Sequence record: MT708547.1
DNA: 64,000 nucleotides
Reading direction: 5' to 3' (one strand)
A program made the translations under genes and the position numbers. Shown here in pieces: positions 33,787 through 43,908 of the stretch. Each line of letters begins with the position of its first letter. Position 1 is the first letter of the stretch. The notes beneath the pieces were generated by a model. It ran no database searches, was not told where the DNA came from, and worked only from the letters and a program-made list of their open reading frames with translations.

Positions 33787-34377
33787 ATGTATCACAATGA
33801 AACAATAGAGCTATTTGAAATAATCAACTCATTTGAGCCGGAGATGTTAAAAACATTACCCAGTTATGATGTACAACACAACGGACGTTCTTTCAGTTAT
33901 ATTTCAACATATGCAGAATCAGAACATCCAATAAAATACAACGAATTTACGGTTAAATGGGTAACAGAAAGGGAAGATGAAGTTGTGCCAACTATTTCAG
34001 TTGGTTCTTCAACTTTAACATCATTGACTCGTACTTACAATAATGTCAGTACTGATTTATTGAATACTTGTACAGTACTTGTATCAAGTGATTTATCCAG
34101 ATTGATTTCAGTACAATGGGAAATGGGCTTGAATAGCAATATGATTTACCCACAGGCTATGATTAGTTCTACAATTATTAAAAAAACAACATCTGAAATG
34201 AAATTGATGAATGCGTTGTATTTGCGAAATGAAAGTGTATTAATTAATGGTGTACTTTATGATTTAAATGCAAATGCAAATGCATTCACTGAAGATATTA
34301 GTGATGATAAATCACATTTTTCTATACTAAACGTCATTAATTTAAGGAACATTTTTAATGAATTACGATTGGCTTGA
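33787..34377 (+). CDS. Hypothetical protein
   Basis: ORF; start reassigned to ATG 33787 after AGGTG. Confidence 0.6.
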   Translation: MYHNETIELFEIINSFEPEMLKTLPSYDVQHNGRSFSYISTYAESEHPIKYNEFTVKWVTEREDEVVPTISVGSSTLTSLTRTYNNVSTDLLNTCTVLVSSDLSRLISVQWEMGLNSNMIYPQAMISSTIIKKTTSEMKLMNALYLRNESVLINGVLYDLNANANAFTEDISDDKSHFSILNVINLRNIFNELRLA

Positions 34378-34921
34378 AACCCTTATTAACGAATCATGTA
34401 ATGCACTAAAAGAATATGATATTTCAGTGTTTTTCAATCCACTATTCAATGATCACAAATTTGAATCATTTGATATAGAAAAAAGAGATAATTTTATTAT
34501 CTTAAAAAATGGTATTAGTCAGAAAGAAGTCGTGACATATAAAAAGAATTCAAGTCCTTATAATATTAGTACTGCGATAGTTGGTAGTTCTGCGATAAAT
34601 GGTAATATCAATGTTTATAACAAAAATCCATTTCATGATGATTTACCTGATTATCACAGTATTGAGTATGTAAATTACACTTATTCATTTGTTTTCAGAC
34701 AAGACGGTTTTATCGGGTTTGATGTAAAGAAAAAATCAGAAACTTTATTGAATATTATTGTTGGAAATAGTGATATTTTGATATACAATGAAAATGGTTA
34801 TAACTGGTACAACAAAGAAACATTTGAAGAATTTTCATTTCAAAATTCATTAATTGAACCAAGAAAAAATTTTGATTTATTTTATATTAATTCTGTACTT
34901 AAAAATTTTAAATTAGTTTAA
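34358..34921 (+). CDS. F[QM]xS-module family protein
   Basis: C-terminal EEFSFQNSLIE. Confidence 0.65.
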   Translation: MNYDWLETLINESCNALKEYDISVFFNPLFNDHKFESFDIEKRDNFIILKNGISQKEVVTYKKNSSPYNISTAIVGSSAINGNINVYNKNPFHDDLPDYHSIEYVNYTYSFVFRQDGFIGFDVKKKSETLLNIIVGNSDILIYNENGYNWYNKETFEEFSFQNSLIEPRKNFDLFYINSVLKNFKLV

Positions 34922-34931
34922 GGATAATAAA

Positions 34932-35294
34932 ATGTGGTATATTATTAGTGTAGTAGTACTTTCTGTTTTGGTTGGTATTGTATTACTGAAAGGTGTAACG
35001 TATACAATGTCTAAAATAGACAAGTACCAGGAAAATTCAGTAATCGATTTGTTTATTGATTACCCAAAAAGCATCATTGCTTTTCTGTTTGTTATGGTAC
35101 TGATTGGTTTTTATATGGTATCTCATCAAATTGGAGAAATGTACACTTGTGCCATCCGAAGTAGTTCACAGAATGTAGAAACCGAATATAGTTGGTATTT
35201 TGATAAATGTCGCTTCAAAAATAAAGATGGTGCATGGGTAGATATTGATCGTTTATTGGGTATGCCTGATGGCAAAGAACATGAACAACAATGA
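34932..35294 (+). CDS. Hypothetical membrane protein
   Basis: Two TM segments. Confidence 0.65.
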   Translation: MWYIISVVVLSVLVGIVLLKGVTYTMSKIDKYQENSVIDLFIDYPKSIIAFLFVMVLIGFYMVSHQIGEMYTCAIRSSSQNVETEYSWYFDKCRFKNKDGAWVDIDRLLGMPDGKEHEQQ

Positions 35295-35805
35295 ACATAA
35301 ATTCTTCATAGAGCCAGAAGATGAAATAGACTATTTTGATGCAATAGACAGTACTGAAGATGGATATACACATATCAATATATATAGTAAAGGTAAAACT
35401 AAATTAGGACGCGATTTATCTAATTTTAGTCCCTATAGTTTTACGCTTGAACCATATGGATGGTTTCCATCAGTAGAGTCATTTTATTTCTGGTTTTTAA
35501 CTGGACAAAAACACCATGAGCTACGTAAGCTCTCTGGGGCGGCAGCTAAGGCTGCTGCGGAAAAGTATACCAATGACAGGCTTGAGATGAATGAGGAGCG
35601 TCTTGGTGTGATACAGGCCGCTATTTGTGCCAAGATAGTACAGAACCCCGACTTAGCAGAGCGTTTAAAGAAAAGTACATTAGCTTTTAAGCATTATTAT
35701 TGTTATGGTACTAAAGTAATAAACGTGGAAGATGAACATGGGTGGTTTGTTCAAACAATCGAAGATATAAGGACTGTATTAAAAGAAGGAGATGAACATG
35801 AATAA
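35281..35805 (+). CDS. NADAR-domain protein (T4 gp30.3-like)
   Basis: HINIYSKGKTKLGRDLSNF, FPSVESFY, AKIVQNPDL. Confidence 0.8.
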   Translation: MNNNEHKFFIEPEDEIDYFDAIDSTEDGYTHINIYSKGKTKLGRDLSNFSPYSFTLEPYGWFPSVESFYFWFLTGQKHHELRKLSGAAAKAAAEKYTNDRLEMNEERLGVIQAAICAKIVQNPDLAERLKKSTLAFKHYYCYGTKVINVEDEHGWFVQTIEDIRTVLKEGDEHE

Positions 35806-36031
35806 TACACAGTTTGAATCATTTGATATAGAGAGTATATTAAAACCAACTGATAACTGTACTGTACTTATGAATATGTACTGGATAGTCAAAGATGAAA
35901 AAGTCTTTAGATCATTGCGAACTAAAGTATGGCAATGCAATAAATTTGAGAGTGTAGTTAAACATGTAATCGAATCTTATCCTGGTTGTGAGGTTCGTTT
36001 TCTTGAATATGCTTATGTAAAGAAGGATTGA
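35792..36031 (+). CDS. Hypothetical protein
   Basis: 79 aa with AGGAG RBS. Confidence 0.6.
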   Translation: MNMNNTQFESFDIESILKPTDNCTVLMNMYWIVKDEKVFRSLRTKVWQCNKFESVVKHVIESYPGCEVRFLEYAYVKKD

Positions 36032-36474
36032 TTATGAAATATTATATGGTAACGGAAGGTGATTCGAGTGGTATTCATTTTTTATGGTCTTATTATGAAT
36101 TACTTGACTGTTGCACCGTAGAAGATGCAGAAGATTTATACAGAGAAGAAAATGGATATTCACTGGATGCACCTTATGGATTGAGAATTTATAGTAAAGA
36201 AATTACAGAAAAAGAATATCATGATGGATTGCATTTTAACGATTATTATGGTGTTAGAACGCTAATTACCGAATTGATGTTTAAAAATAACATTTTCCCA
36301 CTAAAAAGTTGGGCTTTAATGTTTGCAAATCCAAAAAAACCTGTTAGAATAGGGTTTCCTGGTTCACATCTAGTCTATCGTATGAATGATAAACGAGAGC
36401 TTAGCTACCAGTATGATTATGATTCACATAAGTTTGGTCTTCTACCAGCATTTAAAGGTTTGACAAATGAGTAA
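36028..36474 (+). CDS. Hypothetical protein
   Basis: 148-aa ORF in operon. Confidence 0.6.
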   Translation: MIMKYYMVTEGDSSGIHFLWSYYELLDCCTVEDAEDLYREENGYSLDAPYGLRIYSKEITEKEYHDGLHFNDYYGVRTLITELMFKNNIFPLKSWALMFANPKKPVRIGFPGSHLVYRMNDKRELSYQYDYDSHKFGLLPAFKGLTNE

Positions 36475-36802
36475 AGATTCATTAGAATTTATTTTACGTT
36501 GTGATTGTGGTGAAAAATCAGATCATGTAATTCACATTGCACAATACGATCTAGACGAAGAGTACGGTGATAATAAACTTGGCACTTGTTTAATCAGTGC
36601 TCGTTTAGAACCATGTAAAACATGGTATGAACGTGTTTGGATTGGTATCAAATACATCTTTGGTTACAATAGTTATCAGTATATGGATACAATGGTTGAT
36701 GTTGATATCCTACGTGAAGTAGTACAACAGTTAAAAGATGAACGTTCAGAAGAAGACAAAAAAGCTTCTCGTGAAAAACGCTCAGAGGTTAAGGTTCTAT
36801 GA
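36467..36802 (+). CDS. Hypothetical protein
   Basis: 111 aa; CDCG motif. Confidence 0.6.
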   Translation: MSKDSLEFILRCDCGEKSDHVIHIAQYDLDEEYGDNKLGTCLISARLEPCKTWYERVWIGIKYIFGYNSYQYMDTMVDVDILREVVQQLKDERSEEDKKASREKRSEVKVL

Positions 36803-36993
36803 GTGTGTTATTTGAAAAGAAATATTGTACTAAATGCTTGACAGCTTATACAATTCAGGGTATGATTTGTTGCTCAAACTGTCAAAGCACAGATGCTCAA
36901 ACGTTTTTGGTTGATGATCGTTACACCGATTTAATTCAATTCAAAGCGAATCGAAATTTAAAACATTTTAGTGCTTTACACGACAAAGATTGA
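36799..36993 (+). CDS. Small zinc-ribbon protein
   Basis: CTKC..CSNC. Confidence 0.55.
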   Translation: MSVLFEKKYCTKCLTAYTIQGMICCSNCQSTDAQTFLVDDRYTDLIQFKANRNLKHFSALHDKD

Positions 36994-37038
36994 ATGCTAT
37001 AATCATCTTAACTTAAACAAAAACAGGAATTACTTTAT

Positions 37039-37530
37039 ATGACTAACGTTAATACCAATCTAGTAACTGATATCAAAAAAGTTATTACTTCTCATCATTT
37101 CTTTGCACCAGAAAAACAACGAGTCATCTCTGATATCAAAGAAGATGAACTTAGTATTATTATTCGTTTTAAAGAACCTGGTGATGAAATTTCATCACAG
37201 TTCACTGTACTTCGTGGTAAATTCCGCGAAGAAGGCGTTGACAAGATCCCAGCTTACATTCTTTTTATTACACTTGGTAGTGTAATTAAGCTGGAAATTG
37301 ATGAAAATCTGGAGCGTTCATATAAATTTATGCTTGCACCAGTTACAGATGATGATAACGTTGAACTGGATTTCAAGAATGATTTCACTGAAGAAGAATT
37401 CTTTCAGCAAAGTACAATCCATGATTTCCGTTCAGTAACTTATGAACACGTCGAACTTATCAAAGATATGATTGAACCAGTTACCAGTTACGAGAAATAT
37501 CTCGATGGTCAAGCTGAAGGCAACGAATAA
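37039..37530 (+). CDS. F[QM]xS-module family protein
   Basis: TEEEFFQQSTIHDF. Confidence 0.7.
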   Translation: MTNVNTNLVTDIKKVITSHHFFAPEKQRVISDIKEDELSIIIRFKEPGDEISSQFTVLRGKFREEGVDKIPAYILFITLGSVIKLEIDENLERSYKFMLAPVTDDDNVELDFKNDFTEEEFFQQSTIHDFRSVTYEHVELIKDMIEPVTSYEKYLDGQAEGNE

Positions 37531-37534
37531 AAAT

Positions 37535-37561
37535 AAATAACCCACTTCGGTGGGTTATTTT
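37535..37561. terminator. Terminator hairpin with UUCG loop
   Basis: AAATAACCCAC-TTCG-GTGGGTTATTT. Confidence 0.8.
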
Positions 37562-37580
37562 CTATATAAGGATATAAATT

Positions 37581-38138
37581 ATGTTAAAAGAAATTCAAAA
37601 ATTAACAAATTCAATTGTAGATTTTCTTAAAGATAAAAATGGTTTTAGTACTGAAGTATCAAAACAGGGTGTTCAGTTAATCGTTAAAAGTCCTAATGGT
37701 ACTGAAACTTTGTATGATGTTTATGAATTGCTTTTATATAAACTTAGTGCTAATAAACTAGGTGGTGATATTCAGTTAAACATTAATGATAGTACTGAGG
37801 GTAAGATTTTTGCAATTAACACGAATGTAAATTTTGATATACATTCTAAAATCCTCGAAATTAATAATTCATTTGATGATTTCAAACACGACACCATTCG
37901 TGGTGTTTTTGTTAGTACTCAATTATCTGAAAGTACAAATCCGTTTTCGGTACTAACTATGTATAAAAATGGTACATGGGTTCGTTACGATTTAACACTG
38001 TCGGAATTACTGTACGCTTGTGTAAATGGGTATAAATTACAATTGAACGATTCAGGTTTTGTATACAATGAATTACGTGAATTGTGCGAAAATGTAAAAA
38101 AAGAAATGAAGCAAGAAGAAAATACAATATCCAAATAA
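37581..38138 (+). CDS. Hypothetical protein
   Basis: 185 aa with AAGGA RBS. Confidence 0.65.
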   Translation: MLKEIQKLTNSIVDFLKDKNGFSTEVSKQGVQLIVKSPNGTETLYDVYELLLYKLSANKLGGDIQLNINDSTEGKIFAINTNVNFDIHSKILEINNSFDDFKHDTIRGVFVSTQLSESTNPFSVLTMYKNGTWVRYDLTLSELLYACVNGYKLQLNDSGFVYNELRELCENVKKEMKQEENTISK

Positions 38139-38154
38139 TGAGGTAGATCTCTGT

Positions 38155-38577
38155 ATGACATTACATGAAGTACTGAATAGTTTCTTTGAATTGAATATTT
38201 CAGAAATGAAAACCAAACAAAATAGACACCAACATAGTGTTTGGTATGATGCCCAACCACAACCGTTTTTAATCAATTTTAAAGAAACAGAAACATACAC
38301 AATAATGAGATTTCATCATTTTGATGGTGAAAATAATTACAGGGTATCATATGATGCAGGAACTGATCGACTGATTTACACAGTAATGGGTACCATTTCA
38401 TCAACCATTACGATTGGAAACTTCTCTTCTTATAAATCAGAAGATAATTTTTTTCAGGATTCACTGATTAATGATTACAATGATTTATCATTCGAAGATA
38501 TTGACAAAATGATGAATATGTTCTATAATGTAAAAAATACAAGTTTATCCCTATTTGGTGAAGATGATGAAATTTGA
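38155..38577 (+). CDS. F[QM]xS-module family protein
   Basis: SEDNFFQDSLINDY. Confidence 0.7.
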   Translation: MTLHEVLNSFFELNISEMKTKQNRHQHSVWYDAQPQPFLINFKETETYTIMRFHHFDGENNYRVSYDAGTDRLIYTVMGTISSTITIGNFSSYKSEDNFFQDSLINDYNDLSFEDIDKMMNMFYNVKNTSLSLFGEDDEI

Positions 38578-39004
38578 TTTAGAAAAATTTCTGGATTTGG
38601 ATTTAGATTCATTTTATATCAGAAAGTTTATTTTTAAACCACACACAAATGTGGTTGATTATGCTGTGATTGAACTACATGAATCGGATTATACAATTTG
38701 GTACGATGTTGATGATTGTATTCAACTAAAGGAATGTGATGAATGTAAAGGTTATGTTCTGTTGTATGACCTCAATACAAATGAAATTACATTAAAAACT
38801 TCACATTATGATGAATACGGTATTATAACAAGACGTGAATGTGTTGCATTTTCACATGATGATTACACAGAAGAATCATTTTTTATGATTAGTACCTTAC
38901 ATGATGTTGGGGAATTTACATTTGAAACTTTCGATAAATTTAATAAAATTTTGAAAAAGATTAAATCAATGATCAAGGAAATTGAAAATGAACAGTCCAA
39001 GTAA
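38555..39004 (+). CDS. F[QM]xS-module family protein
   Basis: TEESFFMISTLHDV. Confidence 0.7.
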   Translation: MVKMMKFDLEKFLDLDLDSFYIRKFIFKPHTNVVDYAVIELHESDYTIWYDVDDCIQLKECDECKGYVLLYDLNTNEITLKTSHYDEYGIITRRECVAFSHDDYTEESFFMISTLHDVGEFTFETFDKFNKILKKIKSMIKEIENEQSK

Positions 39005-39401
39005 ATGTTATATTGTTATTCGTAATGATTTGGATATGCCAGAAGGTAAATTTGGTGCACAAATCGGTCATGGCATCGACGCAGTATGGAAAGAGGTTTT
39101 GGTAGCCGGTACAATGGTGCGTGCTGCAAATATAGCCAATGAACAACCAAAAGAGCGTGATATCAAAATACAGGATGAAATTTCTAAATGGGTGAGTGAC
39201 GGTAGTAGAAAGATTATTCTAAAAACAAAATCAGAAGACGAATTACTGAAAATTTATAAAAAGGTATTGTCTGAAGGTTGTATTTGTACTAAAATTTATG
39301 ATTATGGATTTAATTTTTTTGATGGTTTAACTTTAACTGGTATTGTTGTACATCCATGTTCAGAAGAAATTAAAACATTAAAACGAGTACGCTTATGGTA
39401 A
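38982..39401 (+). CDS. Peptidyl-tRNA hydrolase, PTH2 family
   Basis: YIVIRNDLDMPEGKFGAQIGHG, RKIILK, DYG. Confidence 0.85.
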   Translation: MKMNSPSKCYIVIRNDLDMPEGKFGAQIGHGIDAVWKEVLVAGTMVRAANIANEQPKERDIKIQDEISKWVSDGSRKIILKTKSEDELLKIYKKVLSEGCICTKIYDYGFNFFDGLTLTGIVVHPCSEEIKTLKRVRLW

Positions 39402-39769
39402 ATGAACATTTAAAAGAATTATGTTCTTTATGGAAATCATCTGATGTAAGATTTGAACCTGTACCCAAAAATAAAGATAACTGGCATAATTCTATTGTTA
39501 TGGGGTCTGGTGGTTTTTTTCTTTTACCTATGGTACTAAAAGATAAAAAAATAGGTATTGTTGTTTTATACAATGATCTTATATATTATTTTTTGTACGA
39601 AGATGAAATTCAGTACGTACATAATAATATGACACATACATACAAAAGAGATACCACACATGAAGAACTATTCCAACTAAGTACTTTATACGATGAAGTA
39701 ATTCAGTACGAAAACTTAATAGAAGTTTTTAACTTATATGATTCCGTAATGGAGGTAATTGAAAGATGA
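39395..39769 (+). CDS. F[QM]xS-module family protein
   Basis: THEELFQLSTLYDE. Confidence 0.7.
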   Translation: MVNEHLKELCSLWKSSDVRFEPVPKNKDNWHNSIVMGSGGFFLLPMVLKDKKIGIVVLYNDLIYYFLYEDEIQYVHNNMTHTYKRDTTHEELFQLSTLYDEVIQYENLIEVFNLYDSVMEVIER

Positions 39770-40107
39770 TGAGTCATTGTAAATTCTGGCTTCCTGTTAT
39801 GGTTGTTCTGTTTATTATTTTTACAGTAGTAAACTATAAAATCCACAATTCTATCCCAAGACAGCCTACAGCAGAAGAATTAGCTATTCATCAAAATAGT
39901 GGTTTATATGCTGAAGTACTCAATAAAATCAAAAACAAATGTACTGGTATCAGTGATAATGAAAAGAATACATTTTATACATGTGAAGATGGTTCTAAAG
40001 TATCAGTGATTTACTGGAAACGTCAAGAAAGAACTGGGTATGTCACTCGTGATTTTGATAAGGATGGTAAATTAATTTCAATTTATGGACACCCAGATGA
40101 TATCTAA
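39766..40107 (+). CDS. Hypothetical membrane-anchored protein
   Basis: N-terminal TM. Confidence 0.6.
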   Translation: MMSHCKFWLPVMVVLFIIFTVVNYKIHNSIPRQPTAEELAIHQNSGLYAEVLNKIKNKCTGISDNEKNTFYTCEDGSKVSVIYWKRQERTGYVTRDFDKDGKLISIYGHPDDI

Positions 40108-40549
40108 AGAACAACATAAATTTTTATTCAAAATATTGAATTCTTATAAAGTTAATAAGTTCAGTACTAAACACGTTCACAATCCAAAAATTATTATTAT
40201 CACAAGGCGATATATAGGAAATAACAGATTTGAAATACACTTATATAAAGGAACTATTTCATTAGAAATTCAAAGATATGGTATTATTTTATTATTAATT
40301 GAGTATAATCCAATTTCTGACAATATGACATTATTATTCAATGATAATGAACATTGTTCTGAAATCGTTTATCGTATAAACGATGTGTCGGAAATTCTTG
40401 AAGAAGATGGTTATTTTCAACAAAGTCTTGTACAAAATCTTCCATTGGAATATAATGATTTTTGTAAAATGATGGATGATATCACAACCATCAAAAATTC
40501 AATGCTGGAACGTTTTGAGTTAACAGAGCAAGTGTGCGACAATGACTAA
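40085..40549 (+). CDS. F[QM]xS-module family protein
   Basis: EEDGYFQQSLVQNL. Confidence 0.7.
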   Translation: MDTQMISKEQHKFLFKILNSYKVNKFSTKHVHNPKIIIITRRYIGNNRFEIHLYKGTISLEIQRYGIILLLIEYNPISDNMTLLFNDNEHCSEIVYRINDVSEILEEDGYFQQSLVQNLPLEYNDFCKMMDDITTIKNSMLERFELTEQVCDND

Positions 40550-40796
40550 AGTAGTTAGAAAGCGTAGAGTACTGGATAATGATGAATTCAAATCATTAGA
40601 GATTCATCGTCAATTGTTTCACCGTCTTTGTGCTGGTGAGAAACAAATTGTAGTTACTGAAACATATGAAGAACCAGAAAATATTTTCGGTAACTATTTC
40701 CCTGTATTCAATTTGTATATTAAACGCGGTCTATTGGAAGTAATTACAATAGATCAGTTACCGGAAGATGAACATGAATTTACTGTTATCAAATAA
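40542..40796 (+). CDS. Hypothetical protein
   Basis: 84 aa, overlapping start/stop. Confidence 0.6.
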   Translation: MTKVVRKRRVLDNDEFKSLEIHRQLFHRLCAGEKQIVVTETYEEPENIFGNYFPVFNLYIKRGLLEVITIDQLPEDEHEFTVIK

Positions 40797-40857
40797 AGAA
40801 CCATTAGATCGTGATGATGATTTTTATGATGAACGTTATGGTGAATCGGAGGAATAA

Positions 40858-41412
40858 ATGGGATTAGATATCTATAAATGTAAAATTAGTTCTACTAAAC
40901 AAGAACATGGTTTTATTACATGTTCACAAGAAGAGATTGATTCAAATAAATCAATTAAAGAACTATTCCAGAAATATAAAAATTATATCAATATCGGCAC
41001 TGAAGAATACATTGATATTGAACAAAGTTTAATCAAATTTAATCTTTCTGATGAATGGTTTTTATCTGGATATGAGTTCAATGAAGATGAGGATTCATAT
41101 TATGCAGTATTTGATTGTACTCTACCATTGTTCGATTCCGTAAAAGTATTATATAATGAACTCATCACAAAAGATGAAAAAGTTTATACATTATATTACA
41201 CAGAAATTGGCTATCAACGTAGAGATTATAAACCCGGAATCTATGCTGATCTTTGGGGATGTGACCATGAAGAACACGACGGATATTACAGCTTAAATGT
41301 TGTAACAGATAATTCAGTACTTGAACTTGTTAAAATGTATGCGAATGAAAATTCTCCACTTAGTCAATGGGTACTAAACGATAATGATGAATTTATTATC
41401 TTCGATTATTGA
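40858..41412 (+). CDS. Hypothetical protein (acidic)
   Basis: 184 aa with GGAGG RBS. Confidence 0.7.
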   Translation: MGLDIYKCKISSTKQEHGFITCSQEEIDSNKSIKELFQKYKNYINIGTEEYIDIEQSLIKFNLSDEWFLSGYEFNEDEDSYYAVFDCTLPLFDSVKVLYNELITKDEKVYTLYYTEIGYQRRDYKPGIYADLWGCDHEEHDGYYSLNVVTDNSVLELVKMYANENSPLSQWVLNDNDEFIIFDY

Positions 41413-41442
41413 GATTTCTAAATAAAATAAAACATAACAAGG

Positions 41443-42336
41443 ATGTTTATGAAACCTATTACAGTACTGTCATTATTCAATGGGATGAGTGTTGGGTATA
41501 TGGCACTAAAGAATGCTGGAATTCCAGTACAGAAATATTACTCATCAGAAATTGATAAATTTGCTATTGCTGAATCACAAGCCAACTACCCTGATATTAT
41601 TCAGTTAGGTGATATAACTAAATGGGAAGATTGGGATATCGACTGGGGTAGTATTGACCTACTTATTGGTGGAAGTCCTTGTACTGATGTAAGTTTTGCG
41701 GGAAAACAAGAGGGGTTAGTGAAACCAGATGAAAACGGTGATGGTGGAACACGAAGTGGTTTATTTTATATAATGATTGACATATTCAATCATATTAAAT
41801 CGATAAATCCAGATTTAAATTTTTTATTTGAAAATGTCAAGATGAAAAAAGAACATCTTGAAGAATTTAATAATAATATAGGGGTTGATCCTGTTCTAAT
41901 CAATTCTGAATTATATACTGCTCATTACAGACAGAGATATTACTGGATTAGCTCAAATAAGCTAATTCTCAATCCCACCTACGAAGCCCCCGTACTTCAA
42001 GATATTATTGTTAATGCATATACTGACAGGAATAAATCATATTGCATTGATGCCAATTACTGGAAAAAGGGGAACATTAAACAGTACTTACACAAATCAA
42101 GAAGACAGATTGTTTATCTAAGAGACGATCATGATTTATTCAGTACTGAAGAAAAAATTAACACATTTAAACTTAATGTTGATTATCGACATTTAACAGT
42201 AGATGAAGTATGTTTATTACAGGGTGTACCTGTTGGATTTTTTAAAGTAAGTAGTACAACACAAGCATACAAAATGCTAGGTAATGGATGGACATGTCCA
42301 GTTATTGAACATCTATTAAAGGAAATTTTCTTTTAA
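41443..42336 (+). CDS. DNA (cytosine-5) methyltransferase
   Basis: LSLFNGMSVG, SEID, GDI, GGSPCTD, FENV, RQRYYW, GNGW. Confidence 0.9.
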   Translation: MFMKPITVLSLFNGMSVGYMALKNAGIPVQKYYSSEIDKFAIAESQANYPDIIQLGDITKWEDWDIDWGSIDLLIGGSPCTDVSFAGKQEGLVKPDENGDGGTRSGLFYIMIDIFNHIKSINPDLNFLFENVKMKKEHLEEFNNNIGVDPVLINSELYTAHYRQRYYWISSNKLILNPTYEAPVLQDIIVNAYTDRNKSYCIDANYWKKGNIKQYLHKSRRQIVYLRDDHDLFSTEEKINTFKLNVDYRHLTVDEVCLLQGVPVGFFKVSSTTQAYKMLGNGWTCPVIEHLLKEIFF

Positions 42337-42365
42337 TTAATAATTTAAAATGGAAAATAATATCA

Positions 42366-42575
42366 ATGATTAGTAAAGTATACCTTGATGAAAATATTTC
42401 TAACGAAAAGACACAATATGCAGTTTATGATTCCTTGACTGATAAAGTACTAACAGAGAGTATTCATTCTTATAAAGCAGATGTTGAAGATTTTATGACA
42501 CACAAATATGGTGCTGACTGGCGTACAACACATGCATTATATAGTATTCGTGAAATTAAAATCGTAGTGTTATAA
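42366..42575 (+). CDS. Hypothetical protein
   Basis: 69-aa ORF. Confidence 0.55.
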   Translation: MISKVYLDENISNEKTQYAVYDSLTDKVLTESIHSYKADVEDFMTHKYGADWRTTHALYSIREIKIVVL

Positions 42576-42594
42576 ACAAAAAAATCCACCACAT

Positions 42595-43065
42595 GTGGAT
42601 TTTTTTCTATTTGAGATTAAATTAAACATGCATAATGAAGAAATAATTCATTTTCTTAAATTTTATTTAAAATGTATGAATGCTGTTCAAAAATTAATGG
42701 AATGTGAAATGATTAATGATTTCAATGATCATTTTGGATATATAAGTACAGATTTATATCCCGTCCCTGTTCGTGCAAAATGGAATTATGATCAAGATGC
42801 ATATGCAATGCAACTGGATTTTGATTTATTCGGACTTCCATCTAAATTTAATATAGGAACTATTTGTTTTGATAAAAATGATGGTTTGATTTTAATTTGT
42901 TATAACAATAAAACAGAAGTTGATTTAAAATACAGAGAATGGTTAACCGAAGAATCGTTTTTTCAGTCCTCGTTAATATATGATTTTGGTAGTACTGATT
43001 TACAGTACTGGAAAAAATGCATTGATTTATTTGAAAAGATTGAAGGAGTAATGACAGGTGTTTAA
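42595..43065 (+). CDS. F[QM]xS-module family protein
   Basis: WLTEESFFQSSLIYDFGSTDLQYWKKCIDL; close paralog of 53689..54138; true start is probably the internal ATG. Confidence 0.7.
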   Translation: MDFFLFEIKLNMHNEEIIHFLKFYLKCMNAVQKLMECEMINDFNDHFGYISTDLYPVPVRAKWNYDQDAYAMQLDFDLFGLPSKFNIGTICFDKNDGLILICYNNKTEVDLKYREWLTEESFFQSSLIYDFGSTDLQYWKKCIDLFEKIEGVMTGV

Positions 43066-43453
43066 AATAAAACTAATTTATACCACTGGTAATACATTCG
43101 AAACATGTGAAGTAGAAAGATTTATTAATTGCGAATGGGATACAGAAGAGAAAGCTATTCATGAAATGAATAAAATCCGAGAGCACTGGATTTTCAATAA
43201 AAAAATTAGTTCTACTCGTGATAAAGACACAAAGAAGAAATTGGTATCACAAGCTATTATGCAATCATGGTATAAACCTGGTAATTCTGAATATACTATG
43301 TTGCTAGTTGATAATGATGGAAATTCTTTTGAAATGTATGCTGCATGGTTAGGGTATTTTGAAATTCTTCACAGTACTGAAGTAGTAAATGCAAACCAAT
43401 TAGACAACTATATTGATTTCGATGAATTAAGATCAAATATGGGATTGTGGTAA
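43058..43453 (+). CDS. Hypothetical protein
   Basis: 131-aa ORF. Confidence 0.6.
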   Translation: MFKIKLIYTTGNTFETCEVERFINCEWDTEEKAIHEMNKIREHWIFNKKISSTRDKDTKKKLVSQAIMQSWYKPGNSEYTMLLVDNDGNSFEMYAAWLGYFEILHSTEVVNANQLDNYIDFDELRSNMGLW

Positions 43454-43887
43454 TGGATGGTCCAACTGTACTAAAAATCCTTCGTAAATTTAAACACCCA
43501 ATGTTGTTCGGACGTTGGAAATCGTTAAAAGAAAATAAAAATACCGACGATCAAAAAAATATCAATTATAGATGGTATTGGGATTATTCAAAAGATTATG
43601 GTGATTCACTTTGTATAAAAATTAAATTCAATAATTATAATAAATGGTCTAGAGATAAAAAATATATATATTCATATGATATTCACTTATCAAAGGAACA
43701 TGTATTTATTTTTCATAGAAGTTACAACAAATTTTCATTGAAACATGATGTACTATTTTCTATAAATGAATTATATGAAGATTTAGAAAGTGTATTATTT
43801 CAGCAATCATTATTGACTTCTACTGGTATGATGAGTACCCAAGAAATTGAAGTACTTAAAGAATTAAAAGATATGTATTTTCCATAA
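43447..43887 (+). CDS. F[QM]xS-module family protein
   Basis: LESVLFQQSLLTS. Confidence 0.65.
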   Translation: MVMDGPTVLKILRKFKHPMLFGRWKSLKENKNTDDQKNINYRWYWDYSKDYGDSLCIKIKFNNYNKWSRDKKYIYSYDIHLSKEHVFIFHRSYNKFSLKHDVLFSINELYEDLESVLFQQSLLTSTGMMSTQEIEVLKELKDMYFP

Positions 43888-43908
43888 TACAAATTGAGGA
43901 TATAATAA

